Assembly (NCBI GenBank): GCA_958445895.1
Contig: CAUCTV010000004.1
Coordinates: forward strand, 716 to 64,715
DNA: 64,000 nt
Direction: 5' to 3'
Source of the DNA: an uncultured Collinsella sp.
GTDB lineage: Bacteria > Actinomycetota > Coriobacteriia > Coriobacteriales > Coriobacteriaceae
Under the pieces are notes generated by a model. The model searched no databases and was not told the origin of the DNA. It worked only from the letters and a program-made list of their open reading frames with translations. Shown in pieces: positions 59,302 through 64,000 of the stretch. The position numbers were made by a program, and so were the translations under genes. The stretch's first letter is position 1. Each line of letters opens with the position of its first letter.

Positions 59302-61077
59302 TTACGAGCGTTTGCGACTCGCCAGGGCGCCTGCGGCGATGGCGGCTGTTCCCGCAAGGGCGGCTGCCACGATGGCTGCGTTCGAGGTGTCGCCGGTTGC
59401 CGCGAGCTTGCCGACGGTCTTGGCTCCCTTGGCTGCAACTGCAACGGTCTTGGTTGTCTTCGTGCCCTCGGACTTGGAACCCTCTGGCTTGGTCTTGCCG
59501 TGCTTTTCCTCGGGCTTGGTCTCCTCGGGAGGCACGATGACCGTGCTCTTGGCGACTGCTTCGTTGTAGGGGGAGTCGATCACGGCGTCGCCCGTGCCGA
59601 TGGTTTGACCCGCCTCGTAGACGATGCCGTCGCTGAGTTCTTCCTTGTTGCGATAGTCAATGACCTTGCCGCCTTCAGGCGTCTGGATGGTGGCTCCTTC
59701 GATTTCGATGGTGCCGATCGCCTTGCCGTCCGCGCTCATGGCAAGGGCGAAGATTGCCGCCGTGTCTCCCTCGGCCGTGACCCTGCTGCGGACGATCGAG
59801 ATGGTCGCGGGCGTGATGCCCTCGCTGGTCTGCGCGAAGATGCCGATGTTCAGGCCCTCGGACTCAGGGATGATTTCGTCGTTTTGGTCTCCACTGTAGT
59901 GGTCGGGGCCGTCGCCGCCGGTCTCGGCATAGCGGACTATGGCCTTGACAACGGAGTCGCTGATGTAGATATGGCCACCCGCTTCGCCGGAGTAGAAATT
60001 ACTGGTGGAGATTGCAACCGAGAACCTGCCTTCTGCGAGCGCATCCACAGTCGAGCCGTTCTTGATGACGATGTCGTCCTCATCGGTGAAGAGTGCGCTG
60101 ACTTCCCCGCCATCTGAGCTTGCGCGGATCGTCACGGTCGCGCCATCGAGCGTGATGCCCTTGTAGACATAGATGCCATACCCAACGCCACTTGCGTTGA
60201 GGGAAGCGTTCGTGACCGTGAGGCTGTTTTTACCGTCGATGGCGGCGTCTTCCTCGGAGCTTGCCTTGACCTGGCTGCCACCCGAGATCTCGATACTGCC
60301 GTCGGCCCAAATCGCATTGTCCTCGATAGAGCTTGCCTCTACCTTGCCGCCGCCCTTTATGATGAGGTTCTCGTTAGCATCGATACCCTGATCCTCGGTG
60401 GCCTTGGCGGTGACGGTTCCGCTGTTGTCGATCGTGATGTTGCCGTCGGCCCTGATGCCATCCGAATCGCCCGTGGCGTTAACGTTTCCCGAGCCCTTGA
60501 TGGTGACATCGCCCCCGGCATCGATGGCATCGTGCTCGGTGCTCGTGGCGTTGACAGTGCCAGCGCCGTCGATGTTGATGTTGCCGGCGGAAGTGATGGC
60601 GTCACGAGAAGATGTCACGTTGAGCGTGCTGGACGCGTCGCCCTGAATATTAAGCTCGGCGTTCTCGTTCGCGCCATCCTTAACCTTGATGCCGCGGCCG
60701 TCGTCGTTAGTGACGGTGTTGTTGCCCTCGTAGCTCACGTTGAGCTTGCCCGCTGCCTCGATCGCGCCGCCGTTATAGCCGTTGAGCTTCATGTCATCGG
60801 CGCCATCCCATGACCAGGTACCGGCGGCGTCTCCCGTGGGGCCCGCGGCCGCTTCGTGGCGGACGCCGCCAACGTCCACCCACTCGGCTGCGAGCGAGAT
60901 GCTCGGCATGAGCAGCGAGCTTACCGTAAGCGCGCATACGGCGCCTACAACGATGCGGCGCGTCACGCGGCGCCAGCTGCCGTGTGCGAGCAGCGTGCGA
61001 CGGCGCAGGTCGGGCTCGACAAAATGGGCTCCAGAGGTTTTGTCATTGCGCTTGGGGGTCGTGAACAAGGCGGCCAT
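59302..61077 (-). CDS. Sortase-anchored beta-helix surface protein, copy B (tandem paralog)
   Basis: Same architecture as copy A, near-identical signal peptide, LAATG + TM + RKRS; GGGAG RBS. Confidence 0.82.
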   Translation of the reverse strand: MAALFTTPKRNDKTSGAHFVEPDLRRRTLLAHGSWRRVTRRIVVGAVCALTVSSLLMPSISLAAEWVDVGGVRHEAAAGPTGDAAGTWSWDGADDMKLNGYNGGAIEAAGKLNVSYEGNNTVTNDDGRGIKVKDGANENAELNIQGDASSTLNVTSSRDAITSAGNINIDGAGTVNATSTEHDAIDAGGDVTIKGSGNVNATGDSDGIRADGNITIDNSGTVTAKATEDQGIDANENLIIKGGGKVEASSIEDNAIWADGSIEISGGSQVKASSEEDAAIDGKNSLTVTNASLNASGVGYGIYVYKGITLDGATVTIRASSDGGEVSALFTDEDDIVIKNGSTVDALAEGRFSVAISTSNFYSGEAGGHIYISDSVVKAIVRYAETGGDGPDHYSGDQNDEIIPESEGLNIGIFAQTSEGITPATISIVRSRVTAEGDTAAIFALAMSADGKAIGTIEIEGATIQTPEGGKVIDYRNKEELSDGIVYEAGQTIGTGDAVIDSPYNEAVAKSTVIVPPEETKPEEKHGKTKPEGSKSEGTKTTKTVAVAAKGAKTVGKLAATGDTSNAAIVAAALAGTAAIAAGALASRKRS

Positions 61078-61223
61078 GGTTACTCCCATCCTCATAGGGC
61101 CTATGCGGTTATATCCAGCATATCTGCAGGATGTAGCCGTCGGTAGTGCCGTTTGGAGAGCAAAACGTCCAAAACTTGCGAAGCAATACATCGCGTGTCC
61201 GTGTGGTGCCTGGCTTTAAAAGC

Positions 61224-61258
61224 AAAGCGCGGAGCCGCTCGATGCGACTCCGCGCTTT
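61224..61258 (-). terminator. Terminator after the NCS2 permease
   Basis: AAAGCGCGGAG/CTCCGCGCTTT hairpin. Confidence 0.7.
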
Positions 61259-61284
61259 GCTGTTTGGTATTGCGAATCTTGCGC

Positions 61285-62598
61285 CTACGCTACAAAGAAG
61301 TAGACGAGGAAGGCGAAGGCTGCGATCCACATGAGCGGCTTGATCTTGGAGGCCTCGCCCTTAAAGAGCGCGACGATCACGTAGGCGATAAAGCCCAGGC
61401 CAATGCCGGCAGAGATGGAGTAGGTGAAGGGCACGCCGGCGACAATCATGAACGCCGGGAAACCCTGCGACACGTCGGACCAGTCGATCTCGGAGGCCTC
61501 GCTCATCATGAGGTAACCGACGTAGACCAGAGCACCGCAGGTGGCGGCGCTGGAAACGATGGTGACGATGGGGGAGAAGAACGCGGCGAGAATGAACAGC
61601 ACGCCGGTGGTGACGGAGGTGAGGCCCGTGCGGCCACCGTCGGCAGCGCCAGAGGTGGACTCGACGAAGGTGGTGATGGAGGAGACGCCCATAAAGCCAC
61701 CGGCAGCAGCGGCCACGGAGTCGACGACCAGGATGGGACGGATGTCCTCGACATTGCCGTCCTCGGTCAAGAACTCGCCCTGCTTGGCGACGGCCATCGC
61801 GGTGCCCATGGTGTCGAAGAAGTCGCTCATGAGCAGCGAGAAGGCAACGACGAGCAGCATCGGGTCGGTCAGGACCTTCACGATGGCAAGGTTGCCGTCG
61901 GCAGTGCTGGCAAACGGGGCGCCGAAGGTCGAGAAGTCGAGCGGTGCGATGAGGCCCTCGGGCGCATGGGTGACGCCCAGCGGGATTCCGGCGATAACGG
62001 CGACGATGATGCCGATGAGCAGCGAGCCCGGCACGTTGCGGGAAGCCAGGGCAACCGTCACGACGATGGAGATGATGCCGACGATAAAGGTGGGGGAGGC
62101 GATGTCGCCCAGGCCGACGAGCGTACCGGCGCCAGCGGTGATGATGCCGGCGTCGCACAGGCCGATCATGGCGATAAACAGGCCCAGACCCACCGAGATG
62201 GCGTGGCGCAGGACCACGGGGATGGCGTCCATGATGGCCTCGCGCAGGCCGCACAGGACGAGCAGCAAGATGACGATACCCTCGAGGAAGATAACGCTCA
62301 TGGCCACGTGCCAGTCGCCGCCGCACATGGTGGTGGCGATGCCCGCGATCATGGCGTTGATGCCCAGACCCGACGCGCAGGCGAGCGGGCGGTTGGCGAA
62401 GATGCCCATGCAGATGGTCATGATGCCGGCGCCCAGGCAGGTGGCGCAGGCGAGCGCTCCCGCATCAATGCCAGCGCCCGAGAGCACTGCGGGGTTGACG
62501 GCGATGATGTAGGCCATCGCCAGGAATGTTGTCAGTCCAGCGCGAAGTTCGGTCCCGATTGTGGACTTGCGCTCACTGACGTGAAAAAGTTCGTCCAT
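61285..62598 (-). CDS. AzgA/PbuG-type purine (guanine/hypoxanthine) permease, NCS2
   Basis: TELRAGLTTFLAMAYII.VNP, ASGLGINA, DFFDTMGT, FVES..G...GGRTGLT, PFTYSI..G. Confidence 0.93.
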   Translation of the reverse strand: MDELFHVSERKSTIGTELRAGLTTFLAMAYIIAVNPAVLSGAGIDAGALACATCLGAGIMTICMGIFANRPLACASGLGINAMIAGIATTMCGGDWHVAMSVIFLEGIVILLLVLCGLREAIMDAIPVVLRHAISVGLGLFIAMIGLCDAGIITAGAGTLVGLGDIASPTFIVGIISIVVTVALASRNVPGSLLIGIIVAVIAGIPLGVTHAPEGLIAPLDFSTFGAPFASTADGNLAIVKVLTDPMLLVVAFSLLMSDFFDTMGTAMAVAKQGEFLTEDGNVEDIRPILVVDSVAAAAGGFMGVSSITTFVESTSGAADGGRTGLTSVTTGVLFILAAFFSPIVTIVSSAATCGALVYVGYLMMSEASEIDWSDVSQGFPAFMIVAGVPFTYSISAGIGLGFIAYVIVALFKGEASKIKPLMWIAAFAFLVYFFVA

Positions 62599-62791
62599 GC
62601 ATACCCTTTCCTTGTTCGGCCCCGAGTTTAGGCCGATTGACACGAACTCATTTACTATATCGCCTTTACAACCTTGCTGTTCCTCGCATGTTGATGTTCG
62701 GCGCTTTGTAACAGACGGACGGTATTTATCGCATGAAAATGTGTGGGTACCGTATACTTAAGCGGTTACAACGACCCCTATGGAGGAACGT

Positions 62792-63211
62792 ATGATTAAA
62801 GAGCTTTGCCACGACGAGGCTATCCTGTCCCAGCGTTGCGAGGTTGCGACCGTCGAGGACGAGTCGGTTGCTCAGGACCTGATCGATACCATCAAGTCGC
62901 TCGATGATGCCGGCTGCTTGGCCGCCAACCAGATCGGCGTTACCAAGAAGGTCTGCGTCTACCTGGACGACGCCGGCGAGCCTCACGTGCTCTACAACCC
63001 CCGTCTGGTGTTTGGCCTGGGCGCCAGCAAGATGGAGGAGAGCTGCCTGACGCACGAGGAGGTCACCAAGTCCACGCGCTATATCAAGTGCAAGGTTGCC
63101 TTTGACCAGATCGTCGATGGCAAGATGCGCGAGCGCAAGCAGGACTTTGTGGGCTTCGAGGCGCAGATGGTCCAGCATATGATCGACCACTGTCTTGGAA
63201 AGTTGGTCTAA
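62792..63211 (+). CDS. Peptide deformylase-like protein with degenerate active site
   Basis: CLAANQIG, NP, ESCLT (for EGCLS), QHMIDH (for QHEXDH); GGAGG RBS. Confidence 0.85.
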   Translation: MIKELCHDEAILSQRCEVATVEDESVAQDLIDTIKSLDDAGCLAANQIGVTKKVCVYLDDAGEPHVLYNPRLVFGLGASKMEESCLTHEEVTKSTRYIKCKVAFDQIVDGKMRERKQDFVGFEAQMVQHMIDHCLGKLV

Positions 63212-63244
63212 GGGGACCAAAGCACCGCACTTCGTCGTTTTTGT

Positions 63245-63280
63245 CCCGGGCGTGACATTGTTGTCATGTCCGGGCTTTTG
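63245..63280 (+). terminator. Intrinsic terminator
   Basis: CCCGGGCGTGACA/TGTCATGTCCGGG stem then TTTT. Confidence 0.7.
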
Positions 63281-63342
63281 TGTTTAGCGCCTTTTTGTTT
63301 GGTGACAATAACCTTAGCAAGAACGTAAAGCTAGGAGGCGCT

Positions 63343-64000
63343 ATGTGTACGAGCATTCGATTTACCGATAATTCTGGCCACATGTATCTGGGCCGCAACC
63401 TCGACTGGAGCTTTGACTACGGCCAACAGGTTCGCGTGATGCCGCGCGGGTTTCACATTCCGTATTCGTTTATCGACGATGCGTCGGCGGCACACGCGGT
63501 GATCGGTATGTGCATCGATTACAAGAACTACCCTATGTTCTTCGACTGCGGCAACGATGCGGGCCTCGCCGTGGCGGGTCTCAATTTCCCGGGTTATGCC
63601 GAGTATGCCGAGGACCCTGTCGACGGCAAGACCAATATCGCGGCCTATGAGTTTCCCCTGTGGGTGGCAGCGACGTTCTCGACGGTCGATGAGGTCGAGG
63701 CCGCGCTGCGCGACACGGTGATTGTCGCCAAATCTGCCGGAGAGGGGCTGGGCGTGTCGCTGCTCCATTGGATTATCGGCGACAGCCAGCGTAGCATCGT
63801 GGTCGAGATGATGGCTGACGGCCTGCATGTATACGACGATCCGGTCGACACCCTTGCCAATCAGCCCACCTTCCCGTGGCATATGGAAAACCTGCGCACC
63901 TATATCACCGCCACCAGCGATTTTCCGCAGACGGCGACATGGCGCGCCGCCGAGCTCAAGCCTTATGGCGCTGGTGCCGGCATGCGCGGTATTCCGGGCG
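63343..64000 (+). CDS. bsh: Choloylglycine (bile salt) hydrolase / penicillin V acylase family, Ntn hydrolase (runs off the window; absent from the ORF track)
   Basis: AGGAGG RBS; MCTSIRFTDNSGHMYLGRNLDWSFDYG (Cys2, Arg18, Asp21), GLAVAGLNFPGYA, TLANQP. Confidence 0.88.
   Translation, partial: MCTSIRFTDNSGHMYLGRNLDWSFDYGQQVRVMPRGFHIPYSFIDDASAAHAVIGMCIDYKNYPMFFDCGNDAGLAVAGLNFPGYAEYAEDPVDGKTNIAAYEFPLWVAATFSTVDEVEAALRDTVIVAKSAGEGLGVSLLHWIIGDSQRSIVVEMMADGLHVYDDPVDTLANQPTFPWHMENLRTYITATSDFPQTATWRAAELKPYGAGAGMRGIPG

Overview
A high-GC (by eye) bacterial chromosomal segment whose gene content and style (LAxTG sortase substrates, Bifidobacterium-like bile salt hydrolase, IS30 remnant) point to a gut Coriobacteriia/Collinsella-like Actinomycetota genome; this assignment is an inference. 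It holds about 50 mostly housekeeping or metabolic genes (prfC, ung, trmL, rsmJ, rlmA-like, thiM/thiE under a TPP riboswitch, a metE2-like gene with a LysR and MET box, transporters, partial bsh) and many signalling genes (three hybrid histidine kinases, two GGDEF/EAL proteins). I saw no rRNA, tRNA, CRISPR array, prophage or intact transposase. Best leads: (1) a preQ1-I riboswitch controlling a YhhQ/VUT queuosine-precursor transporter plus an NAD-type SDR, a candidate unassigned queuosine-salvage enzyme; (2) a 3.7-kb AAA-ATPase + UvrA2 module bracketed by two copies of a palindrome that supplies the stop codons of both flanking genes; (3) a kinase-MoxR-DUF58-transglutaminase(Cys to Ser)-giant LRR operon; (4) a family of GGGAC-core REP/REPIN-like intergenic palindromes; (5) a tandem duplication of beta-helix surface-protein genes with a readable breakpoint; (6) several degenerate or odd enzymes (peptide deformylase lacking the catalytic Glu, TrmL with a 45-aa loop, an EF-G/TetM-like GTPase). 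All product calls come from motif recognition by eye, with no database searches.
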